Position numbers and translations under genes: made by a program
The notes under the pieces: generated by a model
What the model was told of the DNA's origin: nothing
Seen by the model: only the letters and a program-made list of their open reading frames with translations
The model's database searches: none
Part shown: in pieces, positions 30,082-39,916 of the stretch
Numbering within the stretch: position 1 is the stretch's first letter
Layout: every line of letters begins with the position of its first letter
DNA from: a virus
DNA length: 64,000 nucleotides
Strand: one strand, 5' to 3'
IMG/VR virus record: IMGVR_UViG_3300031227_000032
Coordinates: 8,517-72,516 of that record

Positions 30082-30284
30082 TGGAATACAAGGCACATTT
30101 CACAGGCAAGGGTGATACCGCGCTCTATATTGAGGGTCAATCTGACGATCCGGAACTAGGCCCAGATGTATATGTCGGGCTAGGCCATAGCGGGGACTCG
30201 TTCACGCCCGCACAGGCTCGCATCATTGCCGCCGCTATGATTGCTGCCGCCGACGCTGCAGATGACGCGGTGAAACAGTGATGG
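30062..30284. repeat. 23-bp direct repeat ATGACGCGGTGAAACAGTGATGG at 30062 and 30262
   Basis: Exact match; flanks gene 30081..30281. Confidence 0.9.
30081..30281 (+). CDS. Small hypothetical protein
   Basis: FTPAQARIIAAAMIAAADAA motif; coupled ORF. Confidence 0.7.
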   Translation: MEYKAHFTGKGDTALYIEGQSDDPELGPDVYVGLGHSGDSFTPAQARIIAAAMIAAADAADDAVKQ

Positions 30285-30565
30285 CAACTGATAACACAAG
30301 TCATAAGATGATCCCGCTATCTGTATTCACCCGCACGCTGGCGCGGCTGGATGCGATAAAGCGCGGCACTGAGTTCATGCACTGCCCCAAATGTAAGGGT
30401 CTCGGCGGATGGAATGGCCCGTTGGCGGACGGTGATTTCAAATTCAATAAATGCGCCTATTGCAATGATAGCGGCATCGTTGTTAGGCCAGATGAGGTAG
30501 CGTTTGATTGGTGCGCAGAGATAATCCGTGAGGAAATTGAACGATGCCCAGATGCAACGCGGTGA
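30281..30565 (+). CDS. Zn-finger protein (DnaJ-like CxxCxGxG)
   Basis: CPKCKGLG...CAYCNDSG. Confidence 0.65.
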   Translation: MATDNTSHKMIPLSVFTRTLARLDAIKRGTEFMHCPKCKGLGGWNGPLADGDFKFNKCAYCNDSGIVVRPDEVAFDWCAEIIREEIERCPDATR

Positions 30566-30593
30566 GATTGTAGCGCGATTTTCTGGAAACAGC

Positions 30594-30622
30594 TTGACAT
30601 TGCTGAAAGGTCGTGGTATACT
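30594..30622 (+). promoter_or_regulatory. Promoter TTGACA-17-TATACT with CAGTTAGCAA leader
   Basis: Member of the cassette family. Confidence 0.85.
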
Positions 30623-30653
30623 ATGACCAGTTAGCAACTTTGGAGGAAACGAA

Positions 30654-30944
30654 ATGCACCCGAATCAGAAATGCGAAGATCAAATTACAGCAAAGGTAGA
30701 TCGCTTCTGGCAGGATCGCGCCCTGGATATGTTTCGCACCCTCACCAGCAGAAACGGCGATGTACCGGCCTACGGTGATAACATGCGAATCTCGGCGAAC
30801 TGGCCGCAGCGTGGCAGCATCAGCTTTGATCTGCACCCCGAAGAACACCGCGTCTACCTGCGGATGAATAAGAAAGGGTTTCACATCACGCATAAGGCGA
30901 TCAAGTCAGCCAAAGCGAACCGTGCCAAGCTAAAGGTTGCATAG
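30654..30944 (+). CDS. Hypothetical protein (cassette cargo)
   Basis: GGAGG RBS; own promoter and terminator. Confidence 0.75.
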   Translation: MHPNQKCEDQITAKVDRFWQDRALDMFRTLTSRNGDVPAYGDNMRISANWPQRGSISFDLHPEEHRVYLRMNKKGFHITHKAIKSAKANRAKLKVA

Positions 30945-30971
30945 CTAACAAATCCCCAACCGTCGCAGACC

Positions 30972-30994
30972 GCCCCGATTCGTCGGGGCTTTTT
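30972..30994 (+). terminator. Intrinsic terminator
   Basis: GCCCCGA-TTCG-TCGGGGC-TTTTT. Confidence 0.85.
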
Positions 30995-30996
30995 CT

Positions 30997-31857
30997 TTAG
31001 CTCAGTATCGCGGTAGACGACTGTATATCGAATGCCAGCTCATAGCCGTTGCCAAGTTTCATCTTTGACGGCGACTCAACATCGCCTGGAATACTCGCTA
31101 GCCATCCGGTGTAATCCTTGAAGTATGCGTCTATATCCAGGTCGGGAACCGTACTCACTGCTAAATCTTCGATGTACAGCGTGGATTGATTCTCCCACCA
31201 ATACCACAGCAATGATAGGTTAGGCTGGCCTTGCGGCGTGGATTGATTATCGCCCGTAGCTCTCGTCTGACACCGCACGCTTAACGCCGTTACTCCGGTG
31301 TTGACAATATCACGCTTTCGCAACGTGCCGCCAGTATCTTTGTACTGACGATTCGATGCAAGTGTAGGCTTCACGTCAAGGCGATTCTGCAGCGTCATGT
31401 TACGCAGCCAGTTTAGAAACTTGCCGGTAGTGGTATAGCTTGCGATGGTGAGCTTGATCCAATACGCATCTGTGCCGTCAATGGTATCCTTGCCCCACGC
31501 CGACGCGCCGGGTGGATTCTGCACCGCAACGTAGCCGTCCGCCGTGAATCCATTAGTGGAATCATGAAACGGATTGCTACCATTGAATGCAGTCCAACCG
31601 GCAGCGCCGTTACTATACGCCCATGTGATAGCCCCCACCACAGGCGCTGTATCCCCCACGCGGTAGCCAAAGGTGCCCGGTATGGCATCCCAGCCTAGAT
31701 ACATAATATCGCTATCAGCAGACCACAGCGCATTACCAGCGCCCGTCAGGTCGTTTACATCGCTATCATAATCGTCAGCAACCGAGCCGCCCGAATCGCG
31801 TCTGCAGTATTCGGGGTAATCGTCAGTTTGCGTAATGCGTACTTCTTTACGTGACAT
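30997..31857 (-). CDS. Putative distal tail protein
   Basis: Position immediately after the TMP. Confidence 0.55.
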   Translation of the reverse strand: MSRKEVRITQTDDYPEYCRRDSGGSVADDYDSDVNDLTGAGNALWSADSDIMYLGWDAIPGTFGYRVGDTAPVVGAITWAYSNGAAGWTAFNGSNPFHDSTNGFTADGYVAVQNPPGASAWGKDTIDGTDAYWIKLTIASYTTTGKFLNWLRNMTLQNRLDVKPTLASNRQYKDTGGTLRKRDIVNTGVTALSVRCQTRATGDNQSTPQGQPNLSLLWYWWENQSTLYIEDLAVSTVPDLDIDAYFKDYTGWLASIPGDVESPSKMKLGNGYELAFDIQSSTAILS

Positions 31858-34800
31858 TTAATAACCCGTCGTGCGCATTTGCCCACGTAGTGTATTGCCG
31901 CGCGATACTTGCTGTAACCGTTGCGCTTTCGTGACGTTCAGCATTTCTGACAGCAGCCGTTCGCGTTCATTGTTAGTATCGAATACATAGATCGGATTGC
32001 TGGTAGACTCGCCACGGTTTTTCTTGCCGCCGAATAGTCCGCCGAATAGTGCTGATATTCCAGCGCCCAGGAATCCGCCGATGACAGGCCCGAAGCCGCC
32101 CATGCTACCAAAGCTGGACGTGATAGCCTGTGTGAGTGGCTGTACAATCGCGTCCGCCACGCCTGACCAATCGTTAGTGCTTACCGCTGTGAATAGTGCA
32201 TCGCCTAGCTGCGCGGTGAATAGCGTAGCCGTCTGCTGTGCTTGCTGTGCGATTTGCTCAGTAGCTCCACCAGTAGCGCCCAGACCGGACGCATCAGCCG
32301 TGCCTCAACCGCCAGGGCCGCAAGCCGCATTACTTTCGCCGTATGTAGGATCATACCCACCGGCCATAATGCCGATACCGCGCATCTCCAAGCCGAGTGC
32401 TGCAGCCCCAACGCCCATGTGTGATTGTTGAGCAACAGCGCCTAGTGCCCGTCCGCCAATGTCAGCAGGGGTGTTACGAATCCAACCTGCGCTATCACTA
32501 CCACCCGACTGGGCGGCCACATCAGCGGCTAGACTTAACGCATCATTAACTGTCCGCTTGGCCGTTGCCAGTGAGCCTATTAATGATCGCTCGATAGCAT
32601 CAGTAACCGCCATAATCGAAGCCACTGATGCGGTCTGCATTGCAGTAAACGCACTGACCATTTCAGTATGCAGATCAGTAACGCGCTGTAAGACACGTGG
32701 CACGGATTCATCTACAGTGTCATAAATCCCTTTCCACATGTCAGGCCAGATTGAATGGCCTACAATGAGATCCCACGCCCATTGAAATGGAGCCACTACG
32801 TTCTTTGCGAATGTCTCGATCTCTTTAACGACCTTGCCTACAAATTCAGTTACGGTAGCCCATATGCCATCCCACAAGCCAACCCAGAACTCCGTTATAT
32901 CAGTATTGACGTTTTCGAACCATTCAGTAATATCATCAATGAAGCCAGATATAAACTCGCCAGTATTAGCAGCAATTGTATCAGCAGTATCGGCGATAGT
33001 TTGCCATGCTCCCGACCAATCGCCAGTAATCAATTTCAGCCCAACCTCGAAGATACCACCGACAATAGCAAGCGCGTTTTTAACAACAAGTTTGATCGCA
33101 TTCCATACGGTTGAAATGACAAGCTTAATGCTTTCCCACACAATGCTAACAGCGGCCATGAACGGCGGCCCCCACTTATCCCATATGATCTTGATAGCAT
33201 CCAACGTAACGCTAAATGCTTCTTTAATCAGTGGCCAGTTTTTCATCCACCAATCAATGATCGGCTGTACTAACTCCAGCGCCTCAGCGCCAAGCCAACC
33301 GAATACCTCACCGGCTTTATCCCTTATGGCAGTGAGTGTCGGACTGATTTTATCCTTGACTTCCTGAATCTTTTCTGCGAACGCGCTAGCCTTTTGTTCA
33401 CCCTCAGTCAACGGCCCGACGAATCCGTCAGCAGGTGCTTTGCCTGTCAACGCATCCCATGCTGCGCGAACTGTTTCAATCCTTTCGGCCAGAACTTGCG
33501 CGCTAACCTCCGCCTCACTCAATGGCCCGATAAATCCCGACTGAATCTTATCCGGCCCCTGCCCAGTCAATGCCAGCCATGCCGCCTTGACAACATCCAT
33601 AGCCTGTGCTATCTGCGGGAAGTTGCTGTCAGCAAATGATTTAATCTTACCCCAGTTGGCGATGATCAACGCACCGCCCGCCACAATAGCAGCTACAGCA
33701 ATCCCGATAGGGCCAGTCATGGCGGTAAATGCAACACCAATACCTGGCGCGGCAGCTACTATGTTCCCAATGATCATCAGCAACGGGCCAAGTGAAGCTA
33801 CCACTCCGGCGGCAATCACTCCGAAATTCAATAATACTGGATTGGTTTTTGCCAGATTTTGCACGAACGGTATTGCGGCTTCAACTAATGAGACAAAGCC
33901 GTCAAGCAGTCCGCTGTCTGAGATTGACAAGCCTAAGCCCTGCACTGCTGAACTGAGTCGCGTCAATACCGGCGTTACTTCTGTAGCGATCCGCGCAGCC
34001 GTGCCAGCCGAGGCCAGGTTCGCCTCAGATAGTCTTTCTAGTGCCGCGCTGCCCTGATTCACCAATGCGGCCATAGCTGGCCCTGCACGCTGTCCAAAAA
34101 TAGTCATAAGCTCAGCGGTTCTTTCCACTTCGCCCATGCCTTCCAATCCCTCTTCAAACTGCGCGATGATATCAACAAGCGGCAGCATAGCACCATCCGC
34201 ACCTTCAATACTAACTTTGAGTTTCTTAAGGGATGCAGTGGCCTTTGCGCCTGGATTGATCAGTAGCGATATAGCGGTCTTGAGTGACGTACCCGCCATG
34301 CTTCCCTGAATACCAGCGTTACCTAACAGACCAACAGCGGCAGCGACCTCTTCAAACACAAGCCCAGATGATGATGCAATCGGGCCTACGAACTTCATTG
34401 ATTCGCCAAGCATCCGCAGATCAACATTGGCGCTAGTGAATGTGTTAGTCATTACATCCGCTACGCGCGTCATTTCAGTGGCCTCAAGGCCGAAACCAGT
34501 CAGGATGTTAGACGCAATATCGGCAGTAGTCGCTAGATCAATCTGACCAGCGGCGGCAGCGTTCAACACACCGGGCAACGCGCCGATAATATCCACAGCC
34601 TTGAAGCCCGCCATTGCGAGGAAGCTCTGTGCATCAGCGGCTTGCTTGGCTGTAAACGCCGTGGTCTCGCCAAGCATTTTGGACTGCTTACGTAGCTTCG
34701 CAAACTCTTCAGCGGTGGCACCTGACAATGCACGCACGCGATTCATCGAGTTCTGAAAGTCAATGCCGAGCTTAATGATCGCAGCGCCGACGCCGACGAT

Positions 34801-34986
34801 AGGCAACGTCAAGCCCATCGTCATTTTTCTGCCGACGCCCGCCATCTGACTGCCCGTCTTTTTCCACGCGGCGGCTGTCTTTTGCGCAGCAGTGACGCCC
34901 TTTTTACCAGCGTCAGTCAGCGGCTTGCTGAGCTTGTCTTTCAGCTCTAGTACAACCTCTAAGATTTTCTGATCAGTGTTTGCCAT
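31858..34986 (-). CDS. Tape measure protein (TP901-like core) with in-frame UGA at 32305-32307 (893 aa if stopped, 1042 aa if read through)
   Basis: FTAKQAADA..FLAMAG, GIQGSMAGTSL, W/F periodic repeats; the frame stays open past UGA into a typical Gly-rich TMP C-terminus (GFLGAGISALFGGLFGGKK). Confidence 0.9.
32276..32307 (-). promoter_or_regulatory. UGA plus SECIS-like hairpin in the TMP gene
   Basis: TGA-12 nt-GCGTCC-GGTCT-GGGCGC. Confidence 0.7.
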
Positions 34987-35706
34987 TCTTTTTACTGCTC
35001 GCCTTTTCTTTAGCCGCGTCAAGCTCGGCTATTTTTCTGTCAATCACGCCCATCGCAGATATGTACCAAACAGGTTGATCCTCAAGCCCGCCTGCACGGA
35101 ATGAGAATCCATTTTTGTAATGAGCATATAGCCCATTCAAGTAAACGCTCAGTTCGGATACATCTTTCCACGGGCAGTGGGTAGCATAGATAGGCTCTAT
35201 GCAATCCCCCACCCGTCGCTCGTCAATCTGCAGCATCCCATCTGTACAACCTACTCTACAGTTAGCTTCGTCAAAGTTGCATCCGGAACATCGGTCTCCG
35301 ATTCCGTGCTGGAGTTTGATGTAAAATTTACATCGGCAGTTTCCTCCTTATTCAGCCCGCCGATAGCCTCACTGACTGTAAGTGCGATATTCGTAATCAA
35401 CTCCAGCGGAAGGCGCTTCATTGATGCCTTGTCAATAACATCCTCACGCTCCCCGCAAACCTTGACCTTCTCGAACGTCGGTTTGAAATCCTCACCGTCG
35501 TCTTGCAATCCTTCGATGTCAGTCAACATCAACTTAACCAGCATGTAATTCAGCTCGCCGCCGTTCACTTCGCCGTGCTTATCAGTGACATTGCCGATCA
35601 GCCAGAATTGCATACGGTTATCAATGTCGCGGATTTGGTAGCGCACACTATCATCGCATTCAGCGGTGAACCATCCACCGGTTACTTTTGGGGACAATAC
35701 TTGCAT
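34973..35706 (-). CDS. Tail assembly chaperone pair (gpG 35251..35706; gpGT by -1 frameshift to 34973)
   Basis: A-AAT-TTT slippery site at 35323-35329; the -1 frame is open into ORF 34973..35236. Confidence 0.85.
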
Positions 35707-35715
35707 CTCAAACTC

Positions 35716-36615
35716 CTATGTATACACAATAGTAAATCCGTCTTCGCCAGACTCATCAGACATACGGCAACTCACCGTGATATCGTGGAAGCCATTGCTG
35801 TTTCCGAAGTCAGGCTCGACATTGAAATAGCCATCCATGTTGTAGGTAATAATGTTGCCAGCATCGGAACCTACAATCGCGTTCAGCGTAGTCTTAGTAC
35901 CGGCAGTAGCGGATGCGAAAATATCATACGCAGCAACGGTGGTTAGCCTGAATGTGGTCGTGTAGATGACCTCACGATTGCTAAGCTCTGGGTCTTGAAT
36001 GCCGTTCGTACCTGCGATATCTTCGTCAGGATCAGGGAACGCATTACCGAGCGTAATGGTAGCGCCCTTAATGTTCAACGTCTTACCGCCAACGGTAAAG
36101 GTCAAGCCCTTACAGATCGGCTGTAACGCACCTGTCACGGTTGCGGCAGTACCGGACGCATCAGTCGGCGCTGTGTAGGTTCCGGAGCCTGTCCAGCTTT
36201 CCTTCACAGGCTCGTTCGGAGTGAATGTCCATGTCGGATTAAGCACTGTGCTGTTGCCGCTGATTAGATATGTGTTACCTGGATAGTAGTCAATATCCAC
36301 TGCGCTAAATGTCAGCGCGGGTGTCAATGAATAGGTTACGCTAGTAGCGCCGACAGTGACTCCCTCCATACCACTAGCGAGCAGTAATTTGTCAACTGGC
36401 GGCACAACTCCAGCAGGCGCACCCGCGCCCCTGGCGTAAGTTGCAAACGATACATTGCTGTACAACGCCCCCGCCTGCGGACGATCACGGATAGACAGCG
36501 GCATCATGTCAGCATTATCGTGGTAGCCCACCTTTGGAGTGATGTCCAATTCCATCACTTTGTGACCGGCACTATCAAACTCAACGCGGTCAAGTGCCAT
36601 AATTAGATTCGCCAT
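35716..36615 (-). CDS. Major tail (tube) protein
   Basis: Position; Thr/Gly-rich beta protein; DKLLLASGM. Confidence 0.75.
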   Translation of the reverse strand: MANLIMALDRVEFDSAGHKVMELDITPKVGYHDNADMMPLSIRDRPQAGALYSNVSFATYARGAGAPAGVVPPVDKLLLASGMEGVTVGATSVTYSLTPALTFSAVDIDYYPGNTYLISGNSTVLNPTWTFTPNEPVKESWTGSGTYTAPTDASGTAATVTGALQPICKGLTFTVGGKTLNIKGATITLGNAFPDPDEDIAGTNGIQDPELSNREVIYTTTFRLTTVAAYDIFASATAGTKTTLNAIVGSDAGNIITYNMDGYFNVEPDFGNSNGFHDITVSCRMSDESGEDGFTIVYT

Positions 36616-36630
36616 AAATTCCCCCTGCGG

Positions 36631-36864
36631 TTAGATCCGCGTTAGTTCTTTAAGTTTACGTTGATAGCCCATAGACTTCCACGCTTGAAATCCGATGCGC
36701 TCAATCACATTACACGCATCATTGTAAGTATAGGGCTTCGGGATAGTACCCAGCTCTGCGCGCTTTGGAAAGTATAGCGTGACAGGTGCAAGCGGCGCGC
36801 GTATTGCACGATCCATCACTTCTGGGTTGACCGCTTTACGGCGGGCCTGTACCTTTTTCTTCAT
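36631..36864 (-). CDS. Small basic hypothetical protein
   Basis: Coupled ORF. Confidence 0.6.
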   Translation of the reverse strand: MKKKVQARRKAVNPEVMDRAIRAPLAPVTLYFPKRAELGTIPKPYTYNDACNVIERIGFQAWKSMGYQRKLKELTRI

Positions 36865-37310
36865 TATGCAAACTCCTGTTCAATCACTATATCTACTGAA
36901 CGAATACGCTGATGTAATCCGCTATCCTGTACATTGTGTACTGTCGTTTCATTGTTAGCTGAGATGTTAAGGCATGTCTCAGTACCGTCACTGTCGGGTA
37001 ATCTTGTTTTAGCAGCCTGTTCGCAGTATTTCACAAGATCATCCGAGATACCCCTGGCTACCGCCTCTGTAGTGTCAGACGAATTATAGTACAGTGACAA
37101 GTCAAGTGATAGGTTAATCTCACGTGATGCCGTAGTGAAGCGGTCGATCAATGTCTCACCGCGTTCCGCTACGATCAGCAGTGGAAAGTCAGAATCAGTT
37201 GCGGACGTGACGGGGATTGGCCCGTCCTCAAAGCCCTTGATTGCTGCAATGTTTGTATCAAGGTATGTTATCAGTGCTGTTATTACCGCGTTGCGTGATT
37301 GATTAGCCAT
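36864..37310 (-). CDS. Putative tail terminator
   Basis: Position; FPLLIV motif. Confidence 0.6.
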   Translation of the reverse strand: MANQSRNAVITALITYLDTNIAAIKGFEDGPIPVTSATDSDFPLLIVAERGETLIDRFTTASREINLSLDLSLYYNSSDTTEAVARGISDDLVKYCEQAAKTRLPDSDGTETCLNISANNETTVHNVQDSGLHQRIRSVDIVIEQEFA

Positions 37311-37709
37311 TTAGTCTTTCCATGTGATAATATCTTTCAACCGTTGCATCAGTCCTTCTGATTCCTCGCGGATAGGGATGCCCAAAAACTCACGCGCCTT
37401 GATATGCTTAGTACCATGCTCCAGATACTTGGCATATGTCGTGGTTGCCTTTAGCCCGATAGCGTCGTTCTTGAGTCCGACACGAATGACGTTCGCACGG
37501 CGCTCAGTGAAACGCTGAATCCTTCTAAACAATTCACCGCTCTGACGATTCAATACGCTATCATAAAAGCCCTTGGCACGTCGCAAGAACTTCCATGACA
37601 ATCCGCGCATTTCATCTTTGACTACTTGCGGATTGCGCTTCGCAGTTTCGTTCAATAGCTTGTTAATCGCAGGGCTAAGCTCTTCTAAGGTAACCGTTTC
37701 TTTAGACAT
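37311..37709 (-). CDS. HK97 gp10-like tail completion protein
   Basis: SGELFRRI...YAKYLEHGT....AREFL. Confidence 0.8.
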   Translation of the reverse strand: MSKETVTLEELSPAINKLLNETAKRNPQVVKDEMRGLSWKFLRRAKGFYDSVLNRQSGELFRRIQRFTERRANVIRVGLKNDAIGLKATTTYAKYLEHGTKHIKAREFLGIPIREESEGLMQRLKDIITWKD

Positions 37710-38362
37710 TAGTATGACCTGCGGATATATCCGTCCAGCACGGTCTTAACTTCTGGCGTCATGCCCTTATTGAATCGCTGGATTAGAAACTCCTGTCCGG
37801 TAACTTCAACGCCCTTCACGCCCAACCTGCCACCGCCGCCGCTTGCGCCCTTGCCCTCTAACCACTTCAGCACAGCCATAGTACACACCGCCCATTCCAG
37901 ATCAGCGGGCACGCCGAAACTTGCAGTCATGGCTAACGTATCCCAGCTCGTGGTGATGTATCCCGCGATGTAAGTGACTTTGATATTCTCATCACCGATA
38001 GGCCACGCGCCGTATTCCGCATCATCCTCTTGCCCCAACTTCGGATAGCGCACGTGGAATGAAATGCCGCGCTCATCTTTCAGCAGTTGCATGTATGAGG
38101 TAGATTCGCTCACATATGTCTCAGTGCCAGTATCCCAAATGCTGACAGCACTTAGCGCAGTGACAGGCTCCTCGTTCAGATACAACAGCGTGCGATCATC
38201 ACCGGAGTAATACTCATCAGTGATGGTAGACGATTCTAGCCGACGGTTGCAGTATTCGTTGACCTCTACTGTCGCAGCTTCAAGTAACAGCTTGAATGAA
38301 TCGTCATATGTCGTCTCAGGTTCATTCAGCAGCAAGTCATCTTTCATTACGCTTAATCTACC
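37709..38362 (-). CDS. Head-tail adaptor/connector
   Basis: YCNRRL...IKVTYIAGY...VPADL..AV...LDGY. Confidence 0.8.
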   Translation of the reverse strand, partial: GRLSVMKDDLLLNEPETTYDDSFKLLLEAATVEVNEYCNRRLESSTITDEYYSGDDRTLLYLNEEPVTALSAVSIWDTGTETYVSESTSYMQLLKDERGISFHVRYPKLGQEDDAEYGAWPIGDENIKVTYIAGYITTSWDTLAMTASFGVPADLEWAVCTMAVLKWLEGKGASGGGGRLGVKGVEVTGQEFLIQRFNKGMTPEVKTVLDGYIRRSY

Positions 38363-39015
38363 TAGTGCCATTGTTGCAATAACTCCCTGGCCACCGGTAC
38401 ATCGAGTAGCGTTGGCGATAGTGATTCTATTCTGATTCCGTTATCTTGCGCGCGGTATATCATTGTCTGTAATGTGCCGCGCTTGTAGCCCCAAATGTCC
38501 CCCTCAGAGCGCTTGCCGTCACAGGTTGACCCGTCGGCGTGTGCGTGACCTGTCATGTCAACTCCGCAATAAACGATATGCCGACACCCTTGCTTAATCA
38601 ACATGTCAGTCGCAACACCCGCTACAGTGCCGCCCGCAACTAAGTAGCTTTCGCCAAGTCGCTTAGGTGCTTTGTTGTATGCGTATTGTCTGCAGGCATA
38701 CGTCGGGTTATGTTCGCGCATCCGGTGATCCATCAGTGACTCAACGCCGCTATGTAATCCAAACTCCCACCATTGCGGGTTGATACCGGGCGCTTCGGGT
38801 GATGTGCATATCCATAGATCGAAGTTGAGCAGGTGTTGTATCGAGCCGTTGACAGCGACAGTGTAGATGTTATCGGGTATGCGGTTTATGTAAGCGCTAC
38901 CTAGCGGCCCAGCGCCTACTATGATGGATGGATTAGTTACCGGTAGCTGCGCATCGAATATGTCTATGGGCGTAGTATGTTCTGAGGAGGTATTCATGAT
39001 TGAGGTATTGTGCAA
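38362..39015 (-). CDS. DUF115/Maf-like (sialyltransferase-like Rossmann) protein
   Basis: IIVGAGP...VAVN...GGTV...IVYCGVDM. Confidence 0.6.
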   Translation of the reverse strand: MHNTSIMNTSSEHTTPIDIFDAQLPVTNPSIIVGAGPLGSAYINRIPDNIYTVAVNGSIQHLLNFDLWICTSPEAPGINPQWWEFGLHSGVESLMDHRMREHNPTYACRQYAYNKAPKRLGESYLVAGGTVAGVATDMLIKQGCRHIVYCGVDMTGHAHADGSTCDGKRSEGDIWGYKRGTLQTMIYRAQDNGIRIESLSPTLLDVPVARELLQQWH

Positions 39016-39916
39016 CTTCGTATACGCCGGTAGACTGGATACTATTCAGCTTGTTTGTAAGTACAGTTTGATAATCTTCGTTGACTAACTTTATGCCGTC
39101 CGTCAGCTCTGACAATCGGAATACGCCTGACGGATGTTCATGTATGGGCGGGATGCCAGCGTGATATACCGCCCTGCCCGCCATAAGCGCCTCGTATCCA
39201 GCGGTAGAGTTGATTGTTACTACCGCATCACACCTTGCTAAATCCTTAGCGTAGGGGCGCTTCATTTGCCAATCGTCGGTTACTGAGATTTCAACGCCGT
39301 CTATCGGATCGCTGAGCATCGGATCAGGATACCACGTTATGTCTGCTGTAAACTCTTTATTCTGTAGCGCAACGCATTTAGGATGCGGTCGATATGTCAG
39401 CTTTGCGTTAGGTAATATTGTAGACACTTCGGCTACAAGTGTAGATGAATTGTATCCATTGCCGCCGTATGCTAGTGATTGATCGCTCTGTATCTGTCCA
39501 ACGATAAGCACGCTTTTAATCTCAGCGTCAGTCTGTAGCGCGGGTTTAGTCGCTATGTATTGCTGCGAGGTCATCGCACGCTGAAATGTATCTTCGGTGT
39601 ACAGCGCCCAGTCGAATCTATCGCCTGCATAATGACTAGCGTAGGGTAACGCATAATGCCAGTAGTGTATACCAGCATCGCGGAATGCCTGTCGCCGTGC
39701 ATCATCATGGTCAACGTATTCCATGGCGAGTACTGTATCAATACCGCGCTCTATGCAATCAGCAACGCTATCATCTTCCAGCAGCCACAACTCGCCGAAT
39801 GATTTAAGCAACGTCGGCATACGGACTGTATCGGGATGATCGAAGCGCCCGCGTAAATGCGGCATGATGGCAATGTGGCGGTGTTGTAGCTCGCTGTTAG
39901 TGTGGAGTAGTTTCAT
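38933..39916 (-). CDS. Capsule biosynthesis KpsS/KpsC-like glycosyltransferase
   Basis: GQIQSDQSL, YRPHP, AVVTINSTAGYEAL. Confidence 0.75.
   Translation of the reverse strand: MKLLHTNSELQHRHIAIMPHLRGRFDHPDTVRMPTLLKSFGELWLLEDDSVADCIERGIDTVLAMEYVDHDDARRQAFRDAGIHYWHYALPYASHYAGDRFDWALYTEDTFQRAMTSQQYIATKPALQTDAEIKSVLIVGQIQSDQSLAYGGNGYNSSTLVAEVSTILPNAKLTYRPHPKCVALQNKEFTADITWYPDPMLSDPIDGVEISVTDDWQMKRPYAKDLARCDAVVTINSTAGYEALMAGRAVYHAGIPPIHEHPSGVFRLSELTDGIKLVNEDYQTVLTNKLNSIQSTGVYEVAQYLNHEYLLRTYYAHRHIRCAATGN

Noticed and set aside
34960-34990. TGA ending the frameshifted chaperone
   Set aside because: It is forced by overlap with the TMP start (ACT GAT), with no meaningful continuation.
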